From: Holosporaceae bacterium UBA3830 | GTDB taxonomy: Bacteria > Pseudomonadota > Alphaproteobacteria > UBA3830 | NCBI GenBank assembly: GCA_002393025.1 | Contig: DGIE01000061.1 | Location: 1 to 52,332 of the forward strand | Direction of reading: 5' to 3' | Length of the DNA: 52,332 nucleotides | In this document: positions 28,854-41,766 of the stretch, piece after piece | How positions within the stretch are numbered: the stretch's first letter is position 1 | How the letters are laid out: the number at the start of each line of letters is the position of its first letter | The notes under the pieces: model-generated | What the model was told of the DNA's origin: nothing | Databases searched by the model: none | What the model saw: the letters and a program-made list of their open reading frames with translations, nothing else | Translations under genes and position numbers: made by a program

Positions 28854-31800
28854 TTACTCTGTTTGCATTTCGGTAACATTACTTACTCCTACAACCTCTC
28901 TGATATCCAAAATATCGTAGGACGATAGATTGTATTTATCCGACAACATCATTGTGCCATCAGAAAATTTTAGTTCAATAGAATAATTTCCGTTCTTTTT
29001 AAATTTTTCTACCAGACTTTTAACTCCAAGCAATTCTCTTCGGTTAGATATGTTAATACGCAAAGTCATTTCCAATAATTTAGGTCGAGAATGGCCACGA
29101 TGAGAATAAATTTTTTGCGCGAAATTATCTTCTCCATTGTATTTTTCATTAAACTTTTGCACTGCATCTGCACTGAATCTTGTTTGCCCTTCATTTTTTA
29201 AGCAGTTTAACTGGATAAGAACAATGTTTCCGATCTCTAAAATTTCGCGACTTCTGTTGTATACCTCTCCGAACAAAGTTACTTCTGCTGTTCCTGATGT
29301 ATCGGATATATTAAGAACAGCAAATTTATTTTGATTTTTTGTTGTTTTGACAGTCACGTTATTTATAACCGCAACAACTTTCGTTCTCGAAAACTTTTCA
29401 GCCTCCGTGAGTAGGGGAAACTGAAACTTTTGTATAATGGATTCATATTGCTGTAACGGATGTGCTGAAACATAAAAACCTATTACAGTGAATTCGTGTT
29501 GTAATTTTTCAGATTCATTCCATTCAGGGACTTTTTTCAATTCAGGATAATTATGCTGAAACAAAGAAAATTGATCATCATCAGCTTTTACAGACATGAT
29601 ATCGTCCAAAGAATCAAACAATTGCCGACGATTAGGATGCAGATTATCAAAAACTCCGGCTTTTATAAAATTTTCAAAAATTTTTCGCTTAATAAGCTTT
29701 TTTTGAGAGGTCCTTTCCATGAAATCGAACACTGATTTGAAATCTCCATTGGTTTTTCTCTCTTTTACGATTTCATTTACAACAGCTATTCCTGCGCCTT
29801 TAATGGCAGCCAAACTATAGCGCAACGAGTTGGTTTCATAATCTATAGTAAAATCTCCCTCGGACAAATTGATATCAGGTGGTGTTATTTTTATTCCATT
29901 GGCTTTTGCATCTTGATAATAAGCAAATAGTTTGTCGACATTGGCCATATCAAGAGTCATGATTGCAGCATAGAATTCCATCATATAATTAGCTTTTAGG
30001 AAAGCTGTTTGATAGGTTAGCAATCCATATGGAGTTGAGTGAGATTTGTTAAATCCATAACTTGCGAATTTGCTCATCTGTTCGAAAAGTTTTTCGGCAA
30101 TGGATTTATCAATACCTCGTTCAATGGCGCCGTCGATGAAACGTTTTTTCTGCGCTTGCATCTCTTCTTTATTTTTCTTTCCCATTGCGCGTCGCAGAAT
30201 GTCTGCCTGTCCTAACGAATACCCTCCCATAGATTGCGCAATTTGCATAACCTGTTCTTGATAAACCATTACTCCATAAGTTTCTTCCAAAATCGGAACA
30301 AGTTTTTCATGTAGATATGAAATTTTTTCCAAACCATGCTTACACGCAATGTATTTAGGAATATCGTCCATTGGTCCCGGTCGATAAAGTGCAACAAGAG
30401 CGATAATATCTTCTATTCTGTCCGGCTGTAATTTTTTTACGACATCTTTCATCCCTCCACTTTCGATTTGGAACACACCGACACAATTTACAGCTTTAAT
30501 CAAATCAAAAGTTTTTTTATCGTCTATTGGAATGGAGTGACTTGTTAATTTTATGCCTCTCTTATTTATTAGATCTATTGCTTTTTGGATGACCGTTAAG
30601 GTTTTCAGTCCAAGAAAATCGAATTTTATCAGACTGGCGGACTCAACGTATTTTGTCGAAAACTGCGTTGAGGGCATGTCAGATTTAGCATCTTTATAAA
30701 GGGGAACGATATCCTGTAAATTTTTATCGGATATAACGACACCTGCTGCATGAACTCCTGGATTTCGGTAAAGACCTTCTAAACGTAAGGCGATTTCCAT
30801 AAGCTTTTGCACCTGCGGATCCGTTTTTATAAGCTCCTGCAGAATAGGCTCTCTGTCAATACCTTCCTGCAAAGTTAAGGGATTTGTCGGACTAAACGGA
30901 ATTAGTTTTGAAATTTTATCAACAAACCCGTAAGGCATTGCCAACACCCTTCCGACATCTTTTATAACGGCTTTAGCTTGAAGTTTTCCGAAAGTCGTAA
31001 TCTGCGCGACCGATTGATATCCGTATTTTTCTTGTACATATCCAATGACTTCTTCTCGGCGCGCTTGGCAGAAATCGATATCAAAGTCCGGCATCGAAAC
31101 ACGATCAGGATTTAAAAATCTTTCGAAAAACAACTTAAATCTTATCGGATCTACATCAGTAATATGAATGGACCAAGCAACAATAGAACCGGCACCGGAG
31201 CCACGCCCAGGACCAACCGGAATACTCTGAGACTTCGCCCAGCGAACGTAATCTGCAACTATGAGAAAGTATCCGCTGAATCCCATAGTTTTGATGACAC
31301 CTAATTCGTACTTCAATCTATCAAAATATATTTTCTTTTTTTGATCGTAATCTTTATCATTTTCAAAAACCGATAATTTTTCTTCCAGACCGCGACGAGC
31401 CATATCCTCGAGTTCATCATCTTGAGATTTCCCGCTTTCCGTTTTGAAAATAGGCAGTAGCGGTTTTTGCTTAGTCAGCATAAAGGAACATCTTTCAGCG
31501 ATATGTATGGAATTTTCCAAAGCCTCAGGAAGATCGCTAAACAATTCATTCATTTCTTCTTGAGTTTTGAAATAATAATCCGGAAAAGAAGTCTGCCTTT
31601 CGGAATCGTAAATTGTTTTAATCTGAGAAATACAAATCAAAACATCATGAGCTTCAAAATCTTCGGGAGTCGCATAGCAAACATTATTTGTTGCTAATAA
31701 AGGTAAATTGAAATCATAAGCGAGAGAAATCATTTTCTCTTCAATCAAAGACTCAACTTCCTTGTTATGACGGGATACCTCAACATAGATTCGATTTTCA

Positions 31801-32279
31801 AAATACTTGTTCAAATATTTTAGATATTCCTTCGCGTCGTCGATATTGTTTTCCAGAATAAATGTTCCGAGGGATCCTTCTGCTCCTCCTGTCGCCAAGA
31901 TTATATCCTGAGAATATTTTTCAAACAAATTCAACGGAATTTCGGGATGTGAATCCGAAGAAGGATGCAAATACGCATTAGATATCAACTGAATTAAATT
32001 TTGGTATCCATTTTTGTTCTGAGCGTATAACAAAACGCTGGTTGGATGTTTTGTAGGAGTAGGGTGCTGGACATTTAACTGGCATGCAACAATGGGCTGA
32101 ATTCCATGGTCAGCGCATTTGATACAGAATTCCATTCCTCCAAAAAGATTATTGGTATCTGTTACGGCAACTGCCGGCATTTGATTTTCCTCGCAGAGAT
32201 GAATCAATTTTTCGATCTTTATTGCTCCTTCAGCGAGGGAATATGCAGAATGCAGACGAAGATGTATAAATGGAATCAT
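28854..32279 (-). CDS. dnaE: DNA polymerase III alpha subunit
   Basis: PHP N-terminus [19 protein letters not shown] and the polymerase core (GPGRGSGAGS, PDFDIDF). The track ORF extends to a GTG at 32312. The ATG at 32279 gives the canonical N-terminus and an ATGA overlap with the lolD stop. Confidence 0.93.
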   Translation of the reverse strand: MIPFIHLRLHSAYSLAEGAIKIEKLIHLCEENQMPAVAVTDTNNLFGGMEFCIKCADHGIQPIVACQLNVQHPTPTKHPTSVLLYAQNKNGYQNLIQLISNAYLHPSSDSHPEIPLNLFEKYSQDIILATGGAEGSLGTFILENNIDDAKEYLKYLNKYFENRIYVEVSRHNKEVESLIEEKMISLAYDFNLPLLATNNVCYATPEDFEAHDVLICISQIKTIYDSERQTSFPDYYFKTQEEMNELFSDLPEALENSIHIAERCSFMLTKQKPLLPIFKTESGKSQDDELEDMARRGLEEKLSVFENDKDYDQKKKIYFDRLKYELGVIKTMGFSGYFLIVADYVRWAKSQSIPVGPGRGSGAGSIVAWSIHITDVDPIRFKLFFERFLNPDRVSMPDFDIDFCQARREEVIGYVQEKYGYQSVAQITTFGKLQAKAVIKDVGRVLAMPYGFVDKISKLIPFSPTNPLTLQEGIDREPILQELIKTDPQVQKLMEIALRLEGLYRNPGVHAAGVVISDKNLQDIVPLYKDAKSDMPSTQFSTKYVESASLIKFDFLGLKTLTVIQKAIDLINKRGIKLTSHSIPIDDKKTFDLIKAVNCVGVFQIESGGMKDVVKKLQPDRIEDIIALVALYRPGPMDDIPKYIACKHGLEKISYLHEKLVPILEETYGVMVYQEQVMQIAQSMGGYSLGQADILRRAMGKKNKEEMQAQKKRFIDGAIERGIDKSIAEKLFEQMSKFASYGFNKSHSTPYGLLTYQTAFLKANYMMEFYAAIMTLDMANVDKLFAYYQDAKANGIKITPPDINLSEGDFTIDYETNSLRYSLAAIKGAGIAVVNEIVKERKTNGDFKSVFDFMERTSQKKLIKRKIFENFIKAGVFDNLHPNRRQLFDSLDDIMSVKADDDQFSLFQHNYPELKKVPEWNESEKLQHEFTVIGFYVSAHPLQQYESIIQKFQFPLLTEAEKFSRTKVVAVINNVTVKTTKNQNKFAVLNISDTSGTAEVTLFGEVYNRSREILEIGNIVLIQLNCLKNEGQTRFSADAVQKFNEKYNGEDNFAQKIYSHRGHSRPKLLEMTLRINISNRRELLGVKSLVEKFKKNGNYSIELKFSDGTMMLSDKYNLSSYDILDIREVVGVSNVTEMQTE

Positions 32280-32947
32280 TTTTCGATTAACTTTCCATCT
32301 TTTATGAAACACTGTCGATGCATTTTCTTTGCAAGATCGTAGTTATGAGTCGCCACAATTGCCGACATATTGTTCGATTCCATGGTTTGTAGCATATCAT
32401 CGAATACCGACTGAGCTGTTTCCGGATCAAGATTACCCGTAGGCTCATCTGCCAAAAGTAAAATAGGATCATTGATCATTGCACGAGCGATTGCCACTCT
32501 TTGCTTTTGCCCTCCAGAAAGTTCAGACGGAAACATCGAAATTTTATCTTGCAACCCCAACATTTCAAGAAGATATTTAGCTTTCCTTTCAGCATCTTTG
32601 CGCTTTATCCCCGCAATCAACATTGGTAACATGACGTTTTCAAGAGCGGAAAATTCCTGTAACAAATGATGATATTGATAAACAAAACCAATTTTATTTA
32701 AACGCAAGGAAGTTTTTTCATTATCAACCAAGTTCTCAATCTGTTTGTTCTCAAAAATAATGCATCCTTCTGTAGGGGAATCTAACAATCCTGCGATATG
32801 AAGCAATGTAGATTTCCCTGATCCTGATGGCCCTAACAGAGCAACAGCTTCTGATTTTTTTACGCACAAGGATACATCATCCAGCACCAGCGAATCTTTT
32901 AACGAATATCTTTTAAAAATATTTTTTAACTCAATTATGTTAGGCAT
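32276..32947 (-). CDS. lolD: Lipoprotein-releasing system ATP-binding protein LolD
   Basis: ABC ATPase motifs [25 protein letters not shown] and [12 protein letters not shown]. It lies directly downstream of the lolC/E permease. Confidence 0.9.
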   Translation of the reverse strand: MPNIIELKNIFKRYSLKDSLVLDDVSLCVKKSEAVALLGPSGSGKSTLLHIAGLLDSPTEGCIIFENKQIENLVDNEKTSLRLNKIGFVYQYHHLLQEFSALENVMLPMLIAGIKRKDAERKAKYLLEMLGLQDKISMFPSELSGGQKQRVAIARAMINDPILLLADEPTGNLDPETAQSVFDDMLQTMESNNMSAIVATHNYDLAKKMHRQCFIKDGKLIEK

Positions 32948-34175
32948 ATCTCAATATTTCCATAGGATTAAGTTTACTTGCTTTTCTTGCCGGATACAAT
33001 GTCGCGATACAAGACAAAAAGAGAGACACGCTGATGGTCAGCGCAACATCCATCGGTCTTATCAACGAAGGAAGATGCGTTAAAAAATAAACTTCCGGAG
33101 AAAACACTTGTGTATGCAATATCGATTCCAGCCATTGCTGAATATTTTTGATATTCACGGAAAAAAGCAATCCCAAAACTGATCCGACAAAAGTTCCGGT
33201 AATTCCTATGGATGCTCCCACGGTAAAAAATATCCGAGTAATTGAAGCCCTCGAAAACCCGACCGTCCTGAGAATAGCGATATCCTTTTCCTTATCCTTT
33301 ACTAACATAATCATGCAAGAAACTATGTTAAAACTCGCGACCAAAGTTATCAAAGTCAGAATCAAAAACATTACGTTGCGCTCGATTTCAACCGCACGCA
33401 TAAACGAACTATTGCTAGACTGCCAATCTGTAATTACAAATAAATTTTGAAACTCTTTGCGAATCGATGATTTTATTTCTTTTATATTCAAAGGATTGTC
33501 GGTAAAAATCGAAATCACTCCTATGTGATTTTTCATTTTAAACAGTTTTTGAGATATATTCAGCGGAATATACGCAACTGATTTATCATACTCATGCATT
33601 CCCGATTTAAACGTAGCGACTAACCTGAAAGTTTTTTTTCGGGGAATGAAACCGAATCCGGTTTCTTCCATTTCCGGAACTATTAAAACAACCTCATCTC
33701 CTAAAATCAGACCTGAACGAGTCGCTAATGAATGTCCCAAAACTATCTCATTATCATTGCCGAACGATTCTAACGAACCCGATACAATGTTTTCAGAAAT
33801 GAGAGATTTATTTTGCAAATCCGTCTGTCTGATTCCGTATGTCAGTGAACCTCTTACATTTCTTCGATTTGAAATTAAAGCCTGCTTCTCTATTCCCGGA
33901 ACAACTTTTTTTATTCCGTTTATTTTCTGCAACTTATCGACAGTTTCATCAAGATTGATCTCTTTTGTGGGATATATGGAAATGTGTCCATTGAAACCAA
34001 CCACTCTTTCCGTAAATTCCTTCCGAAATCCATTCATGACGGAAGTTACTACTATCAATGTTGCAACTCCCAGAGCAATACCAATCAAAGAGAAGGAAGC
34101 AATGGCCGAAATCGCCCTTTCTCTTCCCTTTGATTTTATATAACGCCATGCCAGTAAAAATTCGGTTGCAATCAC
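32940..34175 (-). CDS. lolC: Lipoprotein-releasing system permease LolC/LolE
   Basis: MacB/FtsX-type topology, N-terminus FLLAWRYIKSKGRERAISAIASFSLIGIALGVA. Length is 411 aa, with an 8-nt overlap with lolD. Confidence 0.88.
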   Translation of the reverse strand: MIATEFLLAWRYIKSKGRERAISAIASFSLIGIALGVATLIVVTSVMNGFRKEFTERVVGFNGHISIYPTKEINLDETVDKLQKINGIKKVVPGIEKQALISNRRNVRGSLTYGIRQTDLQNKSLISENIVSGSLESFGNDNEIVLGHSLATRSGLILGDEVVLIVPEMEETGFGFIPRKKTFRLVATFKSGMHEYDKSVAYIPLNISQKLFKMKNHIGVISIFTDNPLNIKEIKSSIRKEFQNLFVITDWQSSNSSFMRAVEIERNVMFLILTLITLVASFNIVSCMIMLVKDKEKDIAILRTVGFSRASITRIFFTVGASIGITGTFVGSVLGLLFSVNIKNIQQWLESILHTQVFSPEVYFLTHLPSLIRPMDVALTISVSLFLSCIATLYPARKASKLNPMEILRYA

Positions 34176-35440
34176 TTCTTTAGAAATCTCCCAATAACTT
34201 CATCGACAGATAACTTAGCGATTTCCCCGGTTTTTCTATTTTTTAGCTCAACAACCCCCTGGGATAAATTTTTTTCTCCCACAATTATCTGCCAAGGTAT
34301 TCCTATCAAATCCGCATCGCCTAATTTTTCACCAATCGACATGTCACGATCGTCGTACAAAACCTCTTTTGATTCTGACAAAGCTCGATAAATTTTATTA
34401 CACGCTCCAACGCAATCCTTATTTGAAGTATGAAGATTCAACAAAGTAACATCGAATGGGGCTACAGGTTCTGGCCATATAATTCCTCGCTCATCATGGA
34501 AAGCTTCAATAATTGCGGCGATCAATCGGGAAACTCCGATGCCGTATGATCCCATTTCTGGATATAATTTCTGTCCGTTTTTATCAAGCACGAACGCATT
34601 CATCGGCTCGGAATATTTTTTTCCAAAATAGAATATGTGTCCCACCTCAATACCCTTGGAAACCATCAATTCGCTTTGCGGAATAGGAGAGGTATTAGGA
34701 TCATATTTTTCATCCGTGACCGCAAACACCTTCATGAGTTCTTCGTCAGAAGCTGTAAGTAATTTTTTGTCGTAATAAAGCGTACTTTCACCGGTTTGAG
34801 CAAGAATCTGAAACTCGTGACTCATATTTCCGCCGATCGCTCCTGAGTCTGCCTGTACAGGAATCGGAGTCAGTCCCATTCTCCTGAAGGTCCGAATATA
34901 GGACTTGAAAACCTTATGATAAATTTTCTCTGCCTCCTCAAAAGTTGATGCGAAAGAATATCCGTCCTTCATCAAAAACTCTCGACCTCTCATGACACCG
35001 AATCTCGGACGAATCTCATCACGGAATTTCCAATGAATCTGGTACAAGATCGTAGGCAAGCCTTTGTAACTTTTTATATATTTTCTGAAAACATCCGTTG
35101 CTTGCTCTTCGTTGGTCGGACTGTAAAGAAATTTTCCGCCCTTGCGGTCAGTGATACGCAGCATTTCCTTTCCGTAGTCATCATACCGCCCGCTTTCTAT
35201 CCATAATTCCGCAGGCTGGACAGTCGTAAAGTATACTTTGTTCGCACCGATTTTATCTTGTTCCTCACAAATAATTTTCATTATTTTCTCAAGAACTCTC
35301 ACCGCTAAAGGTAGCCAATAATAAATCCCTGATGCTGCTTGAGAAATCATACCCGCTCTCAGCATTAACTGATGAGATGCTATTTTCACATCTGAAGGAA
35401 TATCTTTGGAGGTTGGTGCAAAAAATTTAGAAAATAACAT
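34172..35440 (-). CDS. proS: Proline--tRNA ligase (short alphaproteobacterial type, no INS editing domain)
   Basis: SHQLMLRAGMI, RPRFGVMRGREFLMKD and GSYGIGVSRL. The ATG at 35440 is preceded by GGGGAG and gives the canonical N-terminus MLFSKFFAPTSKD. The track ORF extends to 35500. Confidence 0.92.
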   Translation of the reverse strand: MLFSKFFAPTSKDIPSDVKIASHQLMLRAGMISQAASGIYYWLPLAVRVLEKIMKIICEEQDKIGANKVYFTTVQPAELWIESGRYDDYGKEMLRITDRKGGKFLYSPTNEEQATDVFRKYIKSYKGLPTILYQIHWKFRDEIRPRFGVMRGREFLMKDGYSFASTFEEAEKIYHKVFKSYIRTFRRMGLTPIPVQADSGAIGGNMSHEFQILAQTGESTLYYDKKLLTASDEELMKVFAVTDEKYDPNTSPIPQSELMVSKGIEVGHIFYFGKKYSEPMNAFVLDKNGQKLYPEMGSYGIGVSRLIAAIIEAFHDERGIIWPEPVAPFDVTLLNLHTSNKDCVGACNKIYRALSESKEVLYDDRDMSIGEKLGDADLIGIPWQIIVGEKNLSQGVVELKNRKTGEIAKLSVDEVIGRFLKK

Positions 35441-35545
35441 AATCTCCCCGCCTAGTATTTCTCGTAAATATAACAATCTTTTCAAATCATTGATAGACAC
35501 TCAACAAAATTTAACAGCTAAAGTTTGAAAAAGGAAAACACAAAA

Positions 35546-35619
35546 TGGAGCGGGTGATGGGAATCGGACCCACGTACTCGGCTTGGAAGGCCGATGCTCT
35601 ACCATTGAGCTACACCCGC
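35546..35619 (-). tRNA. tRNA-Gly (anticodon UCC)
   Basis: The reverse complement is GCGGGTGTAGCTCAATGGTAGAGCATCGGCCTTCCAAGCCGAGTACGTGGGTCCGATTCCCATCACCCGCTCCA. The anticodon loop is CTTCCAA and it folds as a cloverleaf. Confidence 0.93.
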
Positions 35620-35694
35620 AATGCGAAGGTTAATCTATTAGATCTTTTGAAAATTTGCAAGCACTATTTGTAAATTTACCGAAAATAATTTAGA

Positions 35695-36042
35695 TTGATT
35701 AACATGTCAGCTGATGTGAATAATGATTTTTTTGAGGTAAAGAACGGTCGTACTTATCTTAGAGTTAAGGTTACGACAAAGGCTTCTAAAAATGCAATAA
35801 CAGGAGTAAAAAATAATGAGTTGCTGGTTAGCGTTACTTCAGTGCCCGAGCATGGAAAAGCCAATGAGGCAGTTATAAAGTTACTCAGTAAGCTGCTTAA
35901 ATGTGCAAAAACGAAACTGGATTTAGTTTCCGGAGATAAAAGCAGGAATAAGTTATTTCGAATAGATGAAATTTTGGACTTTTCGAAATTTATGCAAAGT
36001 GTAGACGTGAAAAAAGTAAAAAGGAGAGGAGAATTAAGATGA
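35695..36042 (+). CDS. DUF167 (YggU) family protein
   Basis: [45 protein letters not shown] matches the YggU core. The start could be the ATG at 35704. Confidence 0.8.
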   Translation: MINMSADVNNDFFEVKNGRTYLRVKVTTKASKNAITGVKNNELLVSVTSVPEHGKANEAVIKLLSKLLKCAKTKLDLVSGDKSRNKLFRIDEILDFSKFMQSVDVKKVKRRGELR

Positions 36043-36749
36043 GAAACAACGGGAGATCAAACGATGAAATCAGAAAAGTTGAAATTATTCCGGATTATTT
36101 GGAGCATGCAGAAGGGAGTTGTTTAATATCATTTGGGAAAACTAAAGTCTTATGTGCAGCCACAATAGAAGAAAAAGTTCCTGGTTTTCTCAAAGGAACA
36201 GGGCAGGGATGGATCACCGCTGAATATTCATTACTTCCCAGATCTACTGGAACTCGAACCGACAGGGAAGCTGTGAAAGGTAAGCAATCAGGACGGACTC
36301 ACGAAATACAGAGGCTTATCGGACGTTCTCTCAGAGCGGCGGTGGATTTGGTTGCACTGGGCGAAAGACAGATAAAAATCGATTGCGACGTAATTCAAGC
36401 TGACGGGGGAACTCGCACTGCTTCCATATGCGGAGCTTGCGTCGCCTTAGGAATCGCCATCAACAGTTTAAAACTGGAAACCAATCCGTTAAAACATTTG
36501 ATCGCGGCAATTTCCTGCGGAATAGTAAATGGTGAAGTTCTTTTGGATCTTGACTATTCTGAAGACTCCAGTGCAGAAGTAGATGCGAATTTTGTGATGG
36601 TTGAAAACGGAGACCTCGCAGAAATTCAAGCCACCGGAGAAAAAGGATTATTGAAAGACCGACAGTTTCTTCAAATGCTGACCTATTCTCGTAATGGCTT
36701 GAACCAACTTTTTGAAATGCAAAGGAAAATATTACAGGTTAATTTGTAA
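36039..36749 (+). CDS. rph: Ribonuclease PH
   Basis: [29 protein letters not shown] and [16 protein letters not shown]. Confidence 0.95.
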   Translation: MRNNGRSNDEIRKVEIIPDYLEHAEGSCLISFGKTKVLCAATIEEKVPGFLKGTGQGWITAEYSLLPRSTGTRTDREAVKGKQSGRTHEIQRLIGRSLRAAVDLVALGERQIKIDCDVIQADGGTRTASICGACVALGIAINSLKLETNPLKHLIAAISCGIVNGEVLLDLDYSEDSSAEVDANFVMVENGDLAEIQATGEKGLLKDRQFLQMLTYSRNGLNQLFEMQRKILQVNL

Positions 36750-36775
36750 TTACGGTATCTTTAAGCTGAAATACA

Positions 36776-37924
36776 ATGGAAGATTTATCAATTTATATTC
36801 ATTGGCCTTTCTGTAAGTCGAAATGTCCATATTGCGACTTTATGAGCATTCCGAAAAATGATTCAAAGGAATACGAAGAGGTTGAGAATTGGCTTTTAAA
36901 AGATCTGAAAATTAGTTTAAGAGAATTAGAAGATCCTTTCATAAAAACGATATTTTTCGGAGGAGGAACTCCTTCTTTGATGGGGCCGAAAACTATAGAA
37001 AAAATAGTTAATTTCATCACAAAAAATTATAAAACAGATCATGATATTGAAATTTCTTTAGAAGCTAATCCTGCAACTTTTTCAAACAAGAAATTACAAG
37101 AAATAAAGGATGCTGGCGTAAATAGACTATCACTTGGAGTACAAAGTTTTCAGAATAAGAATTTAAAATTTTTAGGACGCATCTACGATTCCGAACAAGC
37201 TTTAAAAGCCGCCGAAATGGTTGCAAGTATTTTTTCAAATTACAGCTTTGATTTTATTTATGGATATCAAACACAGTCAATGGATGATTTAAAAGATGAT
37301 CTAACTAAAGCAGTAAATTTCGATTGTCCACATGTTTCTTGTTATCAATTGACATTTGAAGAAGGGACTCCTTTTTTTCAATTGCTAAGGGAAGGGAAAA
37401 TTCGTCCAATCAATGAAGAGCAGGAAGTGGAAATCTTTGAATATATACAAAATTTTTTACGGGAGTTTTTCTTTAATCGTTATGAAATTTCGAATTATGC
37501 ACTAAAAAATTTTGAATCAAAGCATAATCTGGCGTATTGGAAATATCAAAATTACCTCGGTATAGGTCCGTCGGCTCACAGCAGATTGGTTTTCGATAAT
37601 CAAAAATATGAATTAAAAAAATATTCAAATCTTGATAAATGGAAATCGAATTTGTCGAATAATCCGCCTGCCTATGAAGAAAAGCGAATATTGACAGATT
37701 ACGAGCAGTTGGAAGAGATTTTCGTAATGGGATTGAGATTGTCTGATGGAATATTAGTAGAAAGCTTGAAATCGAAGTTTTCTGATTCAATGTTGAACTC
37801 AATTTTTGAAAGAATAGTTTTTCTCCGCGATAAAAATCTATTAAAAAAATCTGATACTCACATAAGGCTATCTGAAAGCGGAGTACTGAAGCAAAATTCC
37901 ATAGTGGAATTTTTATTTAATTAA
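36776..37924 (+). CDS. hemW: Radical SAM heme chaperone HemW (HemN-like)
   Basis: The CxxxCxxC radical-SAM cluster motif in IHWPFCKSKCPYCDF. Length (382 aa) and the position after rph are typical. Confidence 0.88.
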   Translation: MEDLSIYIHWPFCKSKCPYCDFMSIPKNDSKEYEEVENWLLKDLKISLRELEDPFIKTIFFGGGTPSLMGPKTIEKIVNFITKNYKTDHDIEISLEANPATFSNKKLQEIKDAGVNRLSLGVQSFQNKNLKFLGRIYDSEQALKAAEMVASIFSNYSFDFIYGYQTQSMDDLKDDLTKAVNFDCPHVSCYQLTFEEGTPFFQLLREGKIRPINEEQEVEIFEYIQNFLREFFFNRYEISNYALKNFESKHNLAYWKYQNYLGIGPSAHSRLVFDNQKYELKKYSNLDKWKSNLSNNPPAYEEKRILTDYEQLEEIFVMGLRLSDGILVESLKSKFSDSMLNSIFERIVFLRDKNLLKKSDTHIRLSESGVLKQNSIVEFLFN

Positions 37925-37958
37925 CAAATTATCAATATCTTGCATTTAACCTTGAAGT

Positions 37959-38669
37959 ATGATGAACGAGATGTTTAAGCTTAACGGCAACAGTTCAGAT
38001 GCTAATCTGTATTTAGGACACAGACAACGTCTTAAAAAGAAATTCTTGTTATCTCCAAAAAGTTTTTTGGATTACGAAATTTTGGAAATGCTCTTATTCA
38101 ACATTTTTTCGAGGAAAGATACAAAAGCTATTGCCAAAAATTTAATACAAAAATTCGGAACGCTTAAAGCCGTAATATTCGCGTCAGAACAAGAAATAAA
38201 AAAAACTCAAGGATTAGGTGAATCCGCAGTAATATTTTTTAAATTATTAAGAGAAACTTTTTCGAGGCTTTCGTTACAACCACTGAAGGAAGAAACAATA
38301 ATATCGTCCAATCTTCATGTTATTGAGTATTACAGGAATTTGTTATCTCTGGAGAAAAAAGAACAATTTCGCGTCATGTTTATAAATAATAAAAACAAAC
38401 TCATTGCTGAGGAACAACTGCAACAGGGAACAGTGGATCAAACTCCGATTTATCCTCGAGAAGTAATTCAGAAGGCACTTGAGCATGGCGCGAGTGCTAT
38501 TATATTAGTACACAATCATCCGAGTGGATCACCATATCCGTCAAAAGAAGATATTGATGTTACAAGAAATTTGAATATCGTTGTTCAACGAATTAATCTA
38601 AAGTTACTTGATCACATAATTATTGCAGAGAATTCCAGTTATTCTTTTGCGGAACATAACTTATTATGA
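37959..38669 (+). CDS. radC: RadC-family (JAMM/MPN) protein
   Basis: The C-terminal JAMM motif ILVHNHPSGSPYPSKEDI and an N-terminal HhH-like region. Confidence 0.88.
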   Translation: MMNEMFKLNGNSSDANLYLGHRQRLKKKFLLSPKSFLDYEILEMLLFNIFSRKDTKAIAKNLIQKFGTLKAVIFASEQEIKKTQGLGESAVIFFKLLRETFSRLSLQPLKEETIISSNLHVIEYYRNLLSLEKKEQFRVMFINNKNKLIAEEQLQQGTVDQTPIYPREVIQKALEHGASAIILVHNHPSGSPYPSKEDIDVTRNLNIVVQRINLKLLDHIIIAENSSYSFAEHNLL

Positions 38670-38740
38670 AAAGATTTGAGTTTTTTACTATTGCAATATA
38701 AAATGTCTCTCTAAGCGATTTAATCAGTGTGATAGGGTAG

Positions 38741-40660
<1,920 letters not shown>

Positions 40661-40686
<26 letters not shown>

Positions 40687-41572
40687 CAATCAATTTCAAT
40701 GCAACGCCGGCAGATTTTTTGCTGACCGATTTTACGTAATTTTGCACCTTCAAAAAAGCTCGCTTTTCCAGTTGTCTAATGCGTTCAGTAGAGAGATTCA
40801 TAATTTGTCCGATCTCTCTTAAAGATTTCGTTGGATTGGAAAGTCTGTACAAGCAAAGAATATCATGTTCTTTTTTGGTAAGTGTATTCAAAGCATCGTG
40901 TAGTACTGTTTTTCGATAGTTATATTCTTGCTCATCAAAGAGTCTACTATCAGGACGAGATTCTGCATCAGAGATAAAATCTATCCAACTTGAACTGGAA
41001 TCACTATCTATGGGGGAATTTATCGAAAAATCTCTGCGGCTAAATCTCATTTCTGCAATCTTTACAGATTCTTCTGAAACTCCGGATTTTTTTGAGATAT
41101 CTTTTATTTCTTCAGAGGAGAAAGACTCAATTCCAAGTAATTGCTTTAATTTTCTGAGCCCAAAAAACATTTTTTTATTGCTTTTCGATGAACTTAATTT
41201 AACTATAGACCATGAATTGTAAATAAATTCCTGGATTTTTGCTTTTATCCACCAAGCAGCATAAGTGGAAAATCTATAGCCGATAGTAGGATCAAAATGT
41301 TGTATAGCATGCATGATTCCTAAATTTCCCTCTGCGACTAGGTCAGAAATTGGTAAACCGTAACCAGAATATCCTTTTGCAATTTTGAATACCAACCTTA
41401 AATGACTGCTTATTATTTTGTTTAAAGCATCTCGATCGCCCGTTTCTTTCCATTTGCTTGCCAATAAAAATTCTTCGTCTTTTTCTAATACCGGAATACT
41501 TTTTATGCTGGAAATATAGGAAGACAAATTATCTTCATCAAATATCGAATATGAGCCCATGGAAATTTTCAA
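40661..41572 (-). CDS. rpoH: RNA polymerase sigma-32 factor RpoH
   Basis: Region 2 is LVAEGNLGIMHAIQHFDPTIGYRFSTYAAWWIKA. The RpoH-box-like segment is NKKMFFGLRKLK. Region 4 is LREIGQIMNLSTERIRQLEKRA. The start is TTG 41572 or ATG 41560. Confidence 0.9.
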
Positions 41573-41766
41573 TCTTCACAAACAAAAGTAGTGTATCAAA
41601 AATTTAAAACAAAATAAAAACAAATTCATACAACATTGTTGAGAATAACACAATAAGATTTGTCTGTCTGGAATTTATATATTGATTTAACATAATCACA
41701 ATTATTTTTTTTGATCTTAATGGAATCTCAAACAGCAAATCCATAAGATCCGTCGATTTCAACCTT

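Noticed and set aside
33646-34143. 165-aa + strand ORF
   Set aside because: It is fully antisense to lolC/E, with no start context. It is a shadow ORF.
32276-35500. Tightly overlapping tRNA-Gly - proS - lolC/E - lolD - dnaE co-directional block with ATGA and 4-8 nt overlaps
   Set aside because: This is ordinary translational coupling in a compact genome. The gene content is housekeeping.
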